This document shows positions 1-9,656 of a stretch of 64,000 nucleotides of DNA, piece by piece (the first letter of the stretch is position 1; the number at the start of each line of letters is the position of its first letter). The notes below the pieces were generated by a model, which did no database searches, had not been told where the DNA came from, and was given only the letters and a program-made list of their open reading frames with translations. A program made the translations under genes and the position numbers. The stretch is taken from assembly GCA_963826715.1 (NCBI GenBank), contig CAWGYA010000007.1, positions 64,001-128,000 on the forward strand, read 5' to 3'. The DNA comes from Candidatus Bathyarchaeota archaeon (GTDB lineage Archaea; Thermoproteota; Bathyarchaeia; Bathyarchaeales; Bathycorpusculaceae).

Positions 1-255
1 CACTTTCACACCCTAAGACATTGTAAAGCAACCATGGAATACCCTACAACCAAAGACATCCTTCACGTCATGAAAATGTTCGGTCACAGAAACATTCAAA
101 ACACTCTACTCTACACTCAGCTCATCAGCTTTGAAAGCGACCAATTCCACTCAGCAACCGCTAAAACAGTTCTAGACGCTCAAAAATTAATAGAAGCAGA
201 ATTTGAATACGTCTGCGAATTTAACGAAACAAAAATCTTTAAGAAACGGAAGTAA
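1..255 (+). CDS. Tyrosine integrase, C-terminal fragment (runs off the left edge; element A)
   Basis: Frame is open from base 1: HFHTLRHCKATMEY...KDILHVMKMFGHRNIQNTLLY, with the HxLRH, GH and catalytic Y motifs. Very similar to the C-terminus of 38258..39553. Confidence 0.9.
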   Translation, partial: HFHTLRHCKATMEYPTTKDILHVMKMFGHRNIQNTLLYTQLISFESDQFHSATAKTVLDAQKLIEAEFEYVCEFNETKIFKKRK

Positions 256-324
256 GAAAATGTTCGAAAAAAATAGACTCTTAAAAATCACATTCAGACC
301 CTATATAGATAGGACCTAGAGTGT

Positions 325-349
325 TGTGGTGAGGCCGCTGGGATTTGAA
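325..349 (-). repeat. att site: 3' end of a tRNA (T-loop, T-stem, acceptor strand, CCA), probably tRNA-Pro
   Basis: Reverse complement of 327-349 is TTCAAATCCCAGCGGCCTCACCA. 18 bp (325-342) are identical to 39602-39619. Lies just downstream of an integrase. Confidence 0.88.
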
Positions 350-455
350 GGTGGCCGAGTTGGCGACTTAGGGATTTCTCATCGCCACACTATCTGCTTA
401 AGCTCCGCAGCCTTCTTCCCTTTTTTTGTTCTCTCAGATGCAAATTGGCTAGGAG

Positions 456-707
456 ATGATAAGCATGAGTCAAGAAGTCAAATGTCCAGAATGCGAAGGC
501 AAAGGTACAGTTATGGGCGTAGAACTGACAGAGGTAAGATGCTTAAGGTGTTTTGGCCGTGGAGTCATTGTCTTTCATCCGGGTGTAAAGTGCCCTCAAT
601 GCGGTCAAATCAAAGTTTGGAAACATTCAAAACGTCGAACGCCGACAGGACAAATAAAACAACGCTATTTATGTTCAGAGTGCGGCCTTCGTTTTACAGA
701 GAAATAA
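456..707 (+). CDS. Small Zn-ribbon protein
   Basis: CPEC/CLRC and CPQC...QRYLCSEC pairs. The second ribbon resembles the N-terminal ribbon of integrase 38258..39553. Confidence 0.7.
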   Translation: MISMSQEVKCPECEGKGTVMGVELTEVRCLRCFGRGVIVFHPGVKCPQCGQIKVWKHSKRRTPTGQIKQRYLCSECGLRFTEK

Positions 708-943
708 TTGGCTACCTTTTTTCTTTTTTCGACCATTCCATTTGGAGGTCGCTATCTTGAACCAGAAGCAGATAGAAGCTTCCGCTGTTATGCTTCAAGT
801 TTTCCTATCCGGCTTAGCGCTTAATTTCGACGCAGATTTCCATGAGCTTGAGGAAATTACCAAGCGTGCCCTGCTTCACATAGAACAGGAGGACCGCTAG
901 TGTTCTACTCAGTAAATCCAAGTAACGAGAGGAGAGACTACAG

Positions 944-1495
944 ATGAGCAATAAAGTTAGTTTTGTTCTAAATCGCAATCCGCCCTACATGGATACGACC
1001 GTTCCTTATGAACGGACTAAAGCGGAAATTGAGATTCTGCTAAAAAGCTACGGGATAAAGAACATTCGCTGGACCACCCTTGAAGGCCAGGATGATACTT
1101 TAGAGTTCATCATTGACGCTGAAGTGCAGGGTGTCAAGAAGCAACTAGGCGTCGCAGTTAAGCCTCCCCATATAATCCTCAAAAAGAAACTTCATGGCAA
1201 ACTGGTCGATACTGAGAACATTAACCAGGAGTACCGGCTGCTGTTTCATTGGATAAAAAGCAAGATTGAAGCGGTCGTTTGGGGTCTTAGCACAATCGAG
1301 AAGGAATTTCTCAGCGAGGTCTTGATGAAACTGCCCAATGGTCAGCAGTCAACAGTTGGCGAGGTGGTCGTAAATTTGATGAGCAAAGATTCGCTGCAGA
1401 GCTTGCCTTTCTACAGTTCCCGACAGAGCGAGATTCCTCGCCGGCTAATCGAGCTTGAAGTTTTGCCCTCGGAAGATAATTCGGGAGGTTCCTAG
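944..1495 (+). CDS. Hypothetical viral protein
   Basis: 183 aa ORF with upstream GAGG SD; no recognised motif. Confidence 0.65.
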   Translation: MSNKVSFVLNRNPPYMDTTVPYERTKAEIEILLKSYGIKNIRWTTLEGQDDTLEFIIDAEVQGVKKQLGVAVKPPHIILKKKLHGKLVDTENINQEYRLLFHWIKSKIEAVVWGLSTIEKEFLSEVLMKLPNGQQSTVGEVVVNLMSKDSLQSLPFYSSRQSEIPRRLIELEVLPSEDNSGGS

Positions 1496-1799
1496 TTTGG
1501 GTTATTTTCGTATGGGTCCTCGGAATATTCTTGAGCCTTTGCTTGAGCAGGCTGCTTTAGAGGAGCAGTCGCTGGGTGCTCCTGCAAAAAAGACGTTGCT
1601 TGAAATTGCAGAGCTACTGGTTCGGTGGGCGCCTAACTTGTATAGCAGCTACAGCAACTCATGTTATTCTGACGAGGAGAAGAATGCTGCTAAAGGGTTG
1701 CTGAAAAAGTATGATTTAGAGAAGCTATCTAATTTGAGTCCCCGATACAAGAAGCCCACTCTAGAACTCATAGAGAAATTAAAAGCGGAGCAACTTTAG
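1455..1799 (+). CDS. Hypothetical protein (start uncertain)
   Basis: ORF fills the gap within a co-directional operon. Confidence 0.5.
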   Translation: MKFCPRKIIREVPSLGYFRMGPRNILEPLLEQAALEEQSLGAPAKKTLLEIAELLVRWAPNLYSSYSNSCYSDEEKNAAKGLLKKYDLEKLSNLSPRYKKPTLELIEKLKAEQL

Positions 1800-1811
1800 G
1801 AGCTGCGTTTT

Positions 1812-2755
1812 TTGGTTGAAGCATCTGATAACACCGCCAACACCCCTACCAACAGGTGTTGCAACAGTTGGCACCCCTTAAAACCCAGAGGCATAGAAGC
1901 ACTAACATATCAGATTATCGATGCTTCAGAAGTTGAGCTTAAACCATGTGAGATAGCCCGAAAGATCCATGCTCCACGCAAGCCAACACCAGGTCAGTAT
2001 TCCACCGTTCGCTTTTTCTGCTCCAAATTGCTGCAAAAAGGCCTGATCATTCAGCCTTACCCTGGAGCATACTGCAACAAAATCACCTACGGGGTGCGGT
2101 TCGTGCCGCTCTCAGTGCACAACATTAGCTTGCGCAGTTTTGTCTGTCAAGATGTTAAGCATTGGGAGATGGATGAGTTTGTTGGGGGAGTGAAGATTCA
2201 TGTTTGTTTTGGGTCGGAGCGCCGCAAAATCAGCGGTTACCTCGCCTGTGACGTTGGAGGCATGAGCCATGACGCATGTCTGTTGGCGCTTAACCGTTGG
2301 TTTGACCTAGTCAACGACCGTTTAGGCTTCCAACTTAATGATTTGGAGATCTTAACTTTTGAGTGCAACAAAGACTACCATGGCATCAGACTGGATGGTG
2401 TTCAATGCATAACCAAAGTTGACCTTTATGGTATGGTTGAGCGGGTGTATCAGAAAGAGGAAGCCCTTGTTCGCAAGGAACGCAAGGTCACAAAGCCCAT
2501 GAGCGTAAACAGGTTTGAGCAAGCCATAGCCAAAGGTTTTGCTGACACTGAAAGGTCTCAGCATGCATTTGAGAGGTCAAACGCAACACTGAAGCATTAA
2601 AGTATACCAATAGTAGGCTTTTGCAGCTTGAACGTTTAAACGAGGCTATGTTTGGAGCTCTAACTAAGCTCAACGATGTTTTGGGTAAGCTTGGCGATTT
2701 GGGTAGCCCTGTGCCTCTTGGGAAAGGTCAGGATTCTGAGGGGTATGTTCGTTGA
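1812..2755 (+). pseudogene. wHTH-containing viral protein (possibly replication or regulation) with a frameshift near 2571
   Basis: ORF 1812..2600 has an N-terminal wHTH-like segment. A coiled-coil-like frame (EVKRNTEALKYTNSRLLQLERL...YVR) continues from 2573 to a stop at 2755 in another frame. Confidence 0.5.
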
Positions 2756-2855
2756 TAGTTATGGAGTTGATTGTTTTGGGAAGTCATGAGAAAAAAAGAG
2801 CTAAGAAACGTCAGAAAGAATTGCAGTTGCAGCTTAAACAGATGGAGGTTGTAGC

Positions 2856-3440
2856 GTGAGCGAGAATAAGACAACGTTGAGGGTACCTGATTTTATGAAA
2901 CCCATTCTGGAAGATATTCGGTTGTTAAAGTCAGATGGCCAGAACCCTAATCGCATGACGAATAAGCAGAAAGAAGAGTTATGGAAGAGTTTGCAGGAGT
3001 TTGGCTGGACAGACCCTATTTTGGCAGATAAGGCTGGAGTTTACGCGGATGGTGAACAGAGGGTTTCTGTTTGCATAGCGCATGGGGAGTTTTGGGCGCC
3101 TGTGTATCGTATGGCTGATTTGTCGGATGTGCAGAGGCGTCGTCTTAGGCTTATTACTAATGAGTTGAAGGGGAAGCACAATCGTAAGGATGAGGAGGCG
3201 GAGTGGCGGCGGATTATCGAATCCGGTCAGCGTAATGAGTTGAAGGGTTTGCTGGATGCGGTTGGGGAGAAGATTCCTGAAGATCTAGGTGGACCTCGGG
3301 AGGGCATGAGCATGATTCCTGAGAGTTACGAGTTGATAATTTCTGGGCGAGAAAGCAAGAATTTTGATGAGTCGACGCAAAAAGCTGCTTTTGAAAAATT
3401 TACAGCTGAAGGCTGGAAAGTGAGAGTGTTGAATCTCTAA
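2856..3440 (+). CDS. ParB/Srx N-terminal domain protein
   Basis: NPNRM...LWKSLQEFGWTDPILAD...DGEQR matches the ParB-like pattern. Confidence 0.8.
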   Translation: MSENKTTLRVPDFMKPILEDIRLLKSDGQNPNRMTNKQKEELWKSLQEFGWTDPILADKAGVYADGEQRVSVCIAHGEFWAPVYRMADLSDVQRRRLRLITNELKGKHNRKDEEAEWRRIIESGQRNELKGLLDAVGEKIPEDLGGPREGMSMIPESYELIISGRESKNFDESTQKAAFEKFTAEGWKVRVLNL

Positions 3441-4189
3441 TGGACTTCGACTTTACCCACACCTGGACTTCCGGTGGCACTTTTCGTGAAGAAGCTGTCA
3501 AAGGCACCTATGACTTAAAAGACGTTAAGCTTGAAAAACGGATTCGAGGCAGCATCCCCATCGAGAAAATTCAATGGCAGATCGGCGTGGTTGTTGGGAG
3601 CAGTGGCAGTGGAAAAACCAGCATTGCCAAGCAACTTTGGCCTGAAGCTTACTTTGCAGATATGCGAGAACGATATAGATGTAAGTGTTTTCTGAATGAT
3701 TTCCCCGAGGGGGTATCTGTCCTCGAGATTGGCGCCGCTTTGGGCAGTAGCGGTTTTAGTGAGCCGCCTTGTTGGCTTAAGAGTTATGGGGTGTTGAGTC
3801 AGGGTCAGAAGATGAGGGTTGATATCGCTCATGCTTTGTTGTTGCCTCAGTCTTTGGTGGTTTTTGATGAGTATACGTCGACTGTGGATCGGACTGTTGC
3901 CCAGGTAGGTTCACTGGCGATTAAACGTGCCTTGAAGCATAAGGTGGGGAAGCAGTTTATCGCTGTTACTTGCCACTTTGATGTTTTAGATTGGCTTGAA
4001 CCCGACTGGATCTATGACGTAGACAACAACACCTTTGTTGATTATACCGGTACCCTCGAGGATTCTCTGACTGGTTTTGGAACTAAAGTTGTGAGTGTAA
4101 AAAAAAACGATCTCATCCGCCCCTCGAGTTATTTATCTGTAAGTGTGGTTTATCCATGTGGAAGATGTTTAGGGAGCATCATTATCTGA
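3440..4189 (+). CDS. Soluble ABC-type ATPase (N-terminal part of an ABC-GNAT module)
   Basis: Walker A GSSGSGKT, signature LSQGQ, Walker B VVFDE, H-loop TCH. No permease gene nearby. Confidence 0.88.
   Translation: MDFDFTHTWTSGGTFREEAVKGTYDLKDVKLEKRIRGSIPIEKIQWQIGVVVGSSGSGKTSIAKQLWPEAYFADMRERYRCKCFLNDFPEGVSVLEIGAALGSSGFSEPPCWLKSYGVLSQGQKMRVDIAHALLLPQSLVVFDEYTSTVDRTVAQVGSLAIKRALKHKVGKQFIAVTCHFDVLDWLEPDWIYDVDNNTFVDYTGTLEDSLTGFGTKVVSVKKNDLIRPSSYLSVSVVYPCGRCLGSIII
4102..4108 (+). other. Probable -1 frameshift slippery site A_AAA_AAC
   Basis: Run of 9 A (4099-4107) in X_XXY_YYZ phase. The -1 frame is open into the GNAT ORF at 4156. Confidence 0.65.
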
Positions 4190-4593
4190 ATACTGAGCGG
4201 CTTGGCGCCGGTGTACGGTGTTATATCGCTAAGCTTGGGGATAAGCCGGTTGCGTTTATCGCTGTTGCCCATGTTAGGATGAAGGCGAATTATTATCGTG
4301 TTAGCCGACTTGTTGTCTTGCCAGATTATCAAGGCATAGGCTTAGGCAAACGGCTCCTAAGCTTCATCGCTGAACTCTACACTTCCCAAATCAACCTACC
4401 CTTCTATCTAGTTACTTCAAATCCTCAGCTTGTCCGAGGCAACATGGGGAACTGGCGTGTAAAACGTGTTGGACATGGCACAGCTGGAAGCGAAGACACA
4501 AGAATCAACTCAGAACTCACCAAAAGCAACAGCAAACGACGCCTAAGCGTAACCCTACAATACATACCTAAATTGAAATCAGGAGGTTCATAG
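4156..4593 (+). CDS. GNAT acetyltransferase (Mom-like clade candidate)
   Basis: HHYL, then RVSRLVVLPDYQGIGLG acetyl-CoA-binding motif. Confidence 0.85.
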   Translation: MWKMFREHHYLNTERLGAGVRCYIAKLGDKPVAFIAVAHVRMKANYYRVSRLVVLPDYQGIGLGKRLLSFIAELYTSQINLPFYLVTSNPQLVRGNMGNWRVKRVGHGTAGSEDTRINSELTKSNSKRRLSVTLQYIPKLKSGGS

Positions 4594-4748
4594 TGCCAAA
4601 AACCTGCAAAGGCAAATGCGGCCGAAAAATATCCTACCAAAACAAAACCGGTTATTGCAAAGAATGCTTTGGCCGCTTCATTCTTAGCCCTAAGGGCGCC
4701 AATGCAAGTAGACGAGAAGTCTCAAGACAAAAATAACTTTAATTACCC

Positions 4749-5267
4749 CTAAGTCGTCGTCCCAGAATCGGTCTCGTGCGCCCTATGGTCGTTATCTGTC
4801 ACCGTTTGGTCGAAAGCTTTTGAATAATATGCGTACGATGGAAAATTTGTAATTTGCAGTGGTGCTATACAAATATCAAAATACTCTATTTCTCTAAGAT
4901 TTTGGACAGTTTTAACGATACTATTGAAGTCCTCGATATCTGTACATATCGCTTGAACTAGCAAATCAAAGTCGCCCATTGTGTGAGTAGCAACAATGAC
5001 ATTTTGGACATGACTAATTTTTTCAAAAAATTCCTTCGCGTCGGTGTCAGGGCAAAGTTTTATGAAAAATAATACGGATTGCTTGAAACCGCATCTTTTT
5101 AGATCTATGGTTATTGAAGCTCGCTGGATTATCCCTTCTTTTTTCAGCGCATTGTATCTTCTAATAACGGTATCTGTCCCGATGCCGAGACTTTCCGCTA
5201 TATTGCTAAATGGTTGCTGCGCGTTTTTTAGTAAACAGTTTATTATTTGTCGGTCTATTTTGTCCAA
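4749..5267 (-). CDS. Lrp/AsnC family transcriptional regulator
   Basis: DKIDRQII..L.KNA...FS.IAESLG HTH plus C-terminal RAM domain (TMGDFDL). Confidence 0.92.
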   Translation of the reverse strand: MDKIDRQIINCLLKNAQQPFSNIAESLGIGTDTVIRRYNALKKEGIIQRASITIDLKRCGFKQSVLFFIKLCPDTDAKEFFEKISHVQNVIVATHTMGDFDLLVQAICTDIEDFNSIVKTVQNLREIEYFDICIAPLQITNFPSYAYYSKAFDQTVTDNDHRAHETDSGTTT

Positions 5268-5269
5268 AA

Positions 5270-5743
5270 CTAAGGCCTCACCAGTTTTTTAAGTGATATA
5301 TTTTCCGGTCTCGCTAGCGCCTCTTCAGGGTCGATCCAGATGCTTCCTTTTACTTGAAGAACCGCTGGGTGTCTTCTAATTTTCTCTTTTACAACTTGCA
5401 TTTCAGAAACATTTCTTAAGAAAACCCAAACAAAGATGTTGTAGGTTCCTATCGTTCCTGCAAAAAGATCTGCGCCAGGCACTTCTTTGAGGTACTCGAG
5501 GACTTCAGAAACTCGTGAAGGTATCGCTTTGATGCCCAGATTTGCAATGCAATGATAGCCAAACCGTGTTAAATCAACTTGAATTATTGATCCTGTAATT
5601 ATGCTTTTGTCTTTCAGCTTTTTAACTCGTGTACTTACGGCGTTTTTTGTGATACCTAGTTCTTTCGCATATTCCGTCAGATTTAGGCGAGCATCCATTT
5701 GTAGAGCTCTTATCAAAGCGATATCTGTTTCGTCGATCGTCAT
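5270..5743 (-). CDS. Lrp/AsnC family transcriptional regulator
   Basis: IDETDIALIRALQMDAR...YAKELG HTH plus RAM domain. Start placed at ATG 5743 rather than 5926. Confidence 0.9.
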   Translation of the reverse strand: MTIDETDIALIRALQMDARLNLTEYAKELGITKNAVSTRVKKLKDKSIITGSIIQVDLTRFGYHCIANLGIKAIPSRVSEVLEYLKEVPGADLFAGTIGTYNIFVWVFLRNVSEMQVVKEKIRRHPAVLQVKGSIWIDPEEALARPENISLKKLVRP

Positions 5744-5940
5744 TCTGAACCATAATGCCTTTGCTTTAGCGTCGTATAAATCTTTGCAACAGAAAATAGC
5801 ATCTATCTTAAAGAAAAACTTGATTTTGTGTGACATTTTCGCATAACAATTGTAATTATACGAAAATGTTAAATAAACTTCGCAGAAGAATAGAGCATGC
5901 TGGAATATCAATAAATTGTATTTCAAGCAAAAACTAAAAA

Positions 5941-8544
5941 ATGGTGGAAAAAATGAAAAAAATAGTTACCAAAAAAAATAGTATCTTTGCAATCACTTTG
6001 CTTGTTTTACTCAGTGCTTCAATCGCAGTCAGTGCTTTTCCGCAAGTTAACGCAGCAACAACAACCGGTTCGAAACAAACCTATGTCTTTTTAGGCCTGT
6101 CACGTAATCCAATCGGCGTCGGTCAAGCAGAAATCCTAAACGTTGGAATTTCAGACCCTATACAAACAGGATATGGCTGGAAAGACCTAAGTGTAACAAT
6201 AACAAAACCTGATGGAACAACCACTAAAATCAGTGACATCACTACGGATCCTGCAGGTAGCAGCGGTGTACTCTTTGTCCCTGATCAAGCCGGCAACTAC
6301 ACTCTGCAATCCCATTTTCCCGAACAATGGTACAACTATAGCGGGTTTTCAATATTTGGGCAACCTGAAGCAACAAACATACTCTACAAAGCAAGCGACA
6401 GTCCCGTAGTTTCTCTCGCAGTTCAAGAGGAACCAATACCCGATTATCCCATTGCAGGACTGCCGACTGAATATTGGACTAGGCCAATTAACAGTCAGCT
6501 ATCAGCTTGGTATTCAATTGGCGGCAACTGGCTTGTATCTTGGGATGCTCAACCAGCTCAAAACTTCTACGTTACTGGCAATGATCAATCGCCGAGGTCT
6601 GCGCATATTCTTTGGACAAAACAGCTATCAGCAGGTGGCCTTGTTGGAGCGCCGCTCAACTATAGTGGTTATGATGTTGGCGAAGCCTACGAATACCAGT
6701 TTGCAGGCTCCATTATAATCAACGGCATTCTATACTACAACCAATATCCCAGCAGCTATGCAAGTGCAGCGAAAACACTTTGTGCGGCAGACTTACGAAC
6801 AGGCCAATTGCTTTGGACACAACCTGGAGTTTGGATGAATCGCGGTCAACTTTTTGATTTTAGTACCGAAAATCAGCATGGAACTTTTAGCTACATATGG
6901 GCAAGGAACGGAACATTTTCGATGATGGGCGCAAGTGGACCTTGGTGTGCGTATAATGCTATGACTGGCGACTGGATGTACACAATGTCAAATGTCCCTT
7001 CAGGAACTATGATGACTGGACCTAGCGGTGAAATGCTAGTTTTAGTGGTAAATCAAGCCAATGGTTGGATGGCATTATGGAATTCAAGCGCTATACCTGC
7101 ATTACGTGCTGGTGCTTACGGAACATGGCTGTGGAATCAATGGCGACCTTGGGGGAAGACAGTCGACGCTCAAGCGGTTTGTGCCGTCACGCCTGAAACA
7201 CCAATTGGAATTTCGGGTTATTCGTGGAACGTGACAATTCCAAAAGGGTTGCCTGGCAGTGTAGTTACCGCCTTCCCTGATGACTTAGTTTATGGATACT
7301 CCCGTGGTGCATCTGTGATTAACCAGGTAACGCTGCAAACTACTCCTACTGATCAATTCTATGCTTGGGCTGTAAGCTTAAACCCGCAAACACGAGGTCA
7401 ACTTCTTTGGAATAAAACTGAACCATTGCCGGCTGGAAACATTACCATCACTGCTCAGTTCGGGCCCCAAGATGCTCAATCTAGGACGTTTTGTGTCTTC
7501 CTAAAAGAGACAAGACAATGGGTTGGTTATAGTCTGGACACAGGAAATGAACTCTGGACAACCGAATCTCAGTATTACATGGATCAATACACTACTATCG
7601 GTGCAGTCTGGGGCATTAACAGTGCGATTGCTTATGGTCGTCTGTATGCGATCCACTACGGCGGTATCTTGTATTGTTATGACATTACTACAGGCAAAAC
7701 GCTTTGGACTTATGCTAACGCAGATCCATATGGCACAGAATTAAGAAATACAAACTTCCCTTCTGATATCTGCATGATAACTAACGGAATGATCGTTATT
7801 ACTCCGTCTGAATTCAATCCACTAATTCCAAGACCTCAGGGTGCATACACAGTTTGCTTAAACGCTACAACTGGACAAGTCATCTGGAAACTTAATCTGG
7901 CAGGACCCGGAGGCTCCGGAAAACCAATTATCGGCGACAATATCATCGCGGCATTCAACGAGTACGACAACCAAATCTATTCAATAGGTAAAGGACCAAC
8001 AGCTGTCAGCGTAACAGCCCCCAGCGACAGTGTCACTTTAGGAAATTCTGTAATAATTCGCGGATCTGTTACTGACATCTCGGCTGGCACTACTCAAAGC
8101 AACATTGCTCCTCGTTTTCCAAATGGTGTTCCCGCAGTCTCTGATGACAGCATGATTGAATGGATGCAATACGTCTACATGCAGCTGCCGCGCCCAACCA
8201 ACACTACCGGCGTACCAGTGACACTAAGCGTAGTCGATGCTAACGGAAACTACCGCCAAATCGGCACAACTACAACGAGTGACGGTTTCTTCACGTTTAA
8301 CTGGAAACCCGACATTGATGGACAATACACAGTGTACGCTTCTTTTGCAGGCAGTGAATCGTATTTCCCATCACAAGGAATGACCTCTTTTGCCGTTGAC
8401 CAAGCCTCATCAACACCGCAACCACCGCAACCGCCAATGCAAGGTATTGCTGACCAATACTTCATCCCGGCAATTGTAGGTCTCTTTATCTTCATTGCCA
8501 TCATCGGCGTTACAGTAATCTTAGTCCAAAGGAAACGGCCATAA
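5941..8544 (+). CDS. Secreted PQQ-like beta-propeller repeat surface protein with C-terminal membrane anchor
   Basis: Signal peptide, repeated xD/NxxTGxxLW motifs, Ig-like domains, Pro-rich linker, TM helix and basic tail. Confidence 0.88.
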   Translation: MVEKMKKIVTKKNSIFAITLLVLLSASIAVSAFPQVNAATTTGSKQTYVFLGLSRNPIGVGQAEILNVGISDPIQTGYGWKDLSVTITKPDGTTTKISDITTDPAGSSGVLFVPDQAGNYTLQSHFPEQWYNYSGFSIFGQPEATNILYKASDSPVVSLAVQEEPIPDYPIAGLPTEYWTRPINSQLSAWYSIGGNWLVSWDAQPAQNFYVTGNDQSPRSAHILWTKQLSAGGLVGAPLNYSGYDVGEAYEYQFAGSIIINGILYYNQYPSSYASAAKTLCAADLRTGQLLWTQPGVWMNRGQLFDFSTENQHGTFSYIWARNGTFSMMGASGPWCAYNAMTGDWMYTMSNVPSGTMMTGPSGEMLVLVVNQANGWMALWNSSAIPALRAGAYGTWLWNQWRPWGKTVDAQAVCAVTPETPIGISGYSWNVTIPKGLPGSVVTAFPDDLVYGYSRGASVINQVTLQTTPTDQFYAWAVSLNPQTRGQLLWNKTEPLPAGNITITAQFGPQDAQSRTFCVFLKETRQWVGYSLDTGNELWTTESQYYMDQYTTIGAVWGINSAIAYGRLYAIHYGGILYCYDITTGKTLWTYANADPYGTELRNTNFPSDICMITNGMIVITPSEFNPLIPRPQGAYTVCLNATTGQVIWKLNLAGPGGSGKPIIGDNIIAAFNEYDNQIYSIGKGPTAVSVTAPSDSVTLGNSVIIRGSVTDISAGTTQSNIAPRFPNGVPAVSDDSMIEWMQYVYMQLPRPTNTTGVPVTLSVVDANGNYRQIGTTTTSDGFFTFNWKPDIDGQYTVYASFAGSESYFPSQGMTSFAVDQASSTPQPPQPPMQGIADQYFIPAIVGLFIFIAIIGVTVILVQRKRP

Positions 8545-8561
8545 ACAAACCAAACCACCTC

Positions 8562-8579
8562 TTTCCTTTTTTTTTATTT
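8562..8579 (+). terminator. Archaeal oligo-T terminator
   Basis: TTTCCTTTTTTTTTATTT shortly after the stop of 5941..8544. Confidence 0.55.
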
Positions 8580-8872
8580 CCGTTAAAAAATGTGGGCTGA
8601 AAAGCTCTCGCAGATACAATATAGTTGTCAATAGAGTTTGCATTTCTCTTTCTCCTTAGGTGCCCAGAGCCTTAGCACACCACTATTTATTTTCGGTAAT
8701 TCTACCATTCAATTGAAGGAAGGTTACCCGAAAAAACCCTGGAATTTTGCTCAATATTCTTTATGCAATTGCTTAAAGGCAAGTACTAATTAGTGTAATT
8801 ATTCAAGTTAGCCTCTTGCAAGCAAGCGTTTAGTTTTCCTCGCCTCCTTAGCTGGAGCGTGAACGGTTTGCA

Positions 8873-9181
8873 GTGGTTTCTGTCATTGTTCATAATTTTG
8901 TTAGGGTGTTGTTTATGCCTCATAAAAGAAGTTTGCATGGAAAAATTATTCAGCGACAGCGGGAGCAAGATTACGCTGTTATTAAGGTTCAGCGTACGGC
9001 GGCTTGGCAATACATTAGAGAGACTGAATTTCGCGATCGCTTAATCTGCGAGACCGTCTGTCGAATTGATATTAATACGCTAACTGATGAGTTGGCAAAG
9101 CTTTTTGGTCAGCCTGAATCTGAAGCTGTTCCTAACGTTGAGCAGGGTTTAGTTCTTGATGGTCCGTTAAGGGAGCTTTGA
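8873..9181 (+). CDS. Hypothetical viral protein
   Basis: ORF whose stop overlaps the start of the next gene. Confidence 0.5.
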   Translation: MVSVIVHNFVRVLFMPHKRSLHGKIIQRQREQDYAVIKVQRTAAWQYIRETEFRDRLICETVCRIDINTLTDELAKLFGQPESEAVPNVEQGLVLDGPLREL

Positions 9182-9441
9182 TTCTGATGCCTGAAGAGTC
9201 ACATCCTGACTATAGCCTATGCCCCAGTTGCCCTGAGATCAAGCGCAAGATTGACCGTATAGATTTGGCTCTTTTGGGTGAGGATGGCACTGGCTTAAAC
9301 GGCGGCATTGTTAGGGCTATTACGGATTTGCAAAAGAAAAATAAGGTTTCGGCAAGTTGGGCAAGTTTTGCAAAACCCATCGCAATTGCTGTTGTCACGT
9401 CAATTGTGACTTTTCTGTTAACTTACGCTTTAGCTCATTAA
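9178..9441 (+). CDS. Small coiled-coil protein with C-terminal TM helix (holin-like candidate)
   Basis: RIDLALLGEDG.G..GG followed by hydrophobic PIAIAVVTSIVTFLLTY. Confidence 0.55.
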   Translation: MILMPEESHPDYSLCPSCPEIKRKIDRIDLALLGEDGTGLNGGIVRAITDLQKKNKVSASWASFAKPIAIAVVTSIVTFLLTYALAH

Positions 9442-9459
9442 TTTAGGAGAGGAGATTGT

Positions 9460-9624
9460 TTGGAACCTGAAGAGTTTATTGGCGAAATTAAGAAGACCTT
9501 TAGTCGTGCATGTGCTTTACCCGATTGGATGCAGCAGATTCTCTTAGAAGACATAAATGCTGCTATAGAAAACCGCATTCGCACAATGGAACTCATCATT
9601 CAAGCCAAAACCCAGGGAACCTGA
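9460..9624 (+). CDS. 54 aa hypothetical protein (absent from the ORF track)
   Basis: TTG start after GGAGAGGAG; reads MEPEEFIGEIKK...LLEDINAAIENRIRTMELIIQAKTQGT. Confidence 0.55.
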   Translation: MEPEEFIGEIKKTFSRACALPDWMQQILLEDINAAIENRIRTMELIIQAKTQGT

Positions 9625-9656
9625 ACAATAAAACAATTCGAAGGGAGAGCACAAAA

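Noticed and set aside
325-400. Complete tRNA gene at either att
   Set aside because: Only the 3' 16-23 nt match; adjacent sequence cannot form anticodon and D arms.
326-760. 144 aa ORF
   Set aside because: Starts inside the att, overlaps the better Zn-ribbon ORF and has no protein-like features.
3440-4189. ABC transporter
   Set aside because: No permease or binding-protein genes; linked to ParB and GNAT in a viral context.
5744-5926. N-terminal extension of the Lrp ORF
   Set aside because: AT-rich divergent promoter region; Lrp homology starts at ATG 5743.
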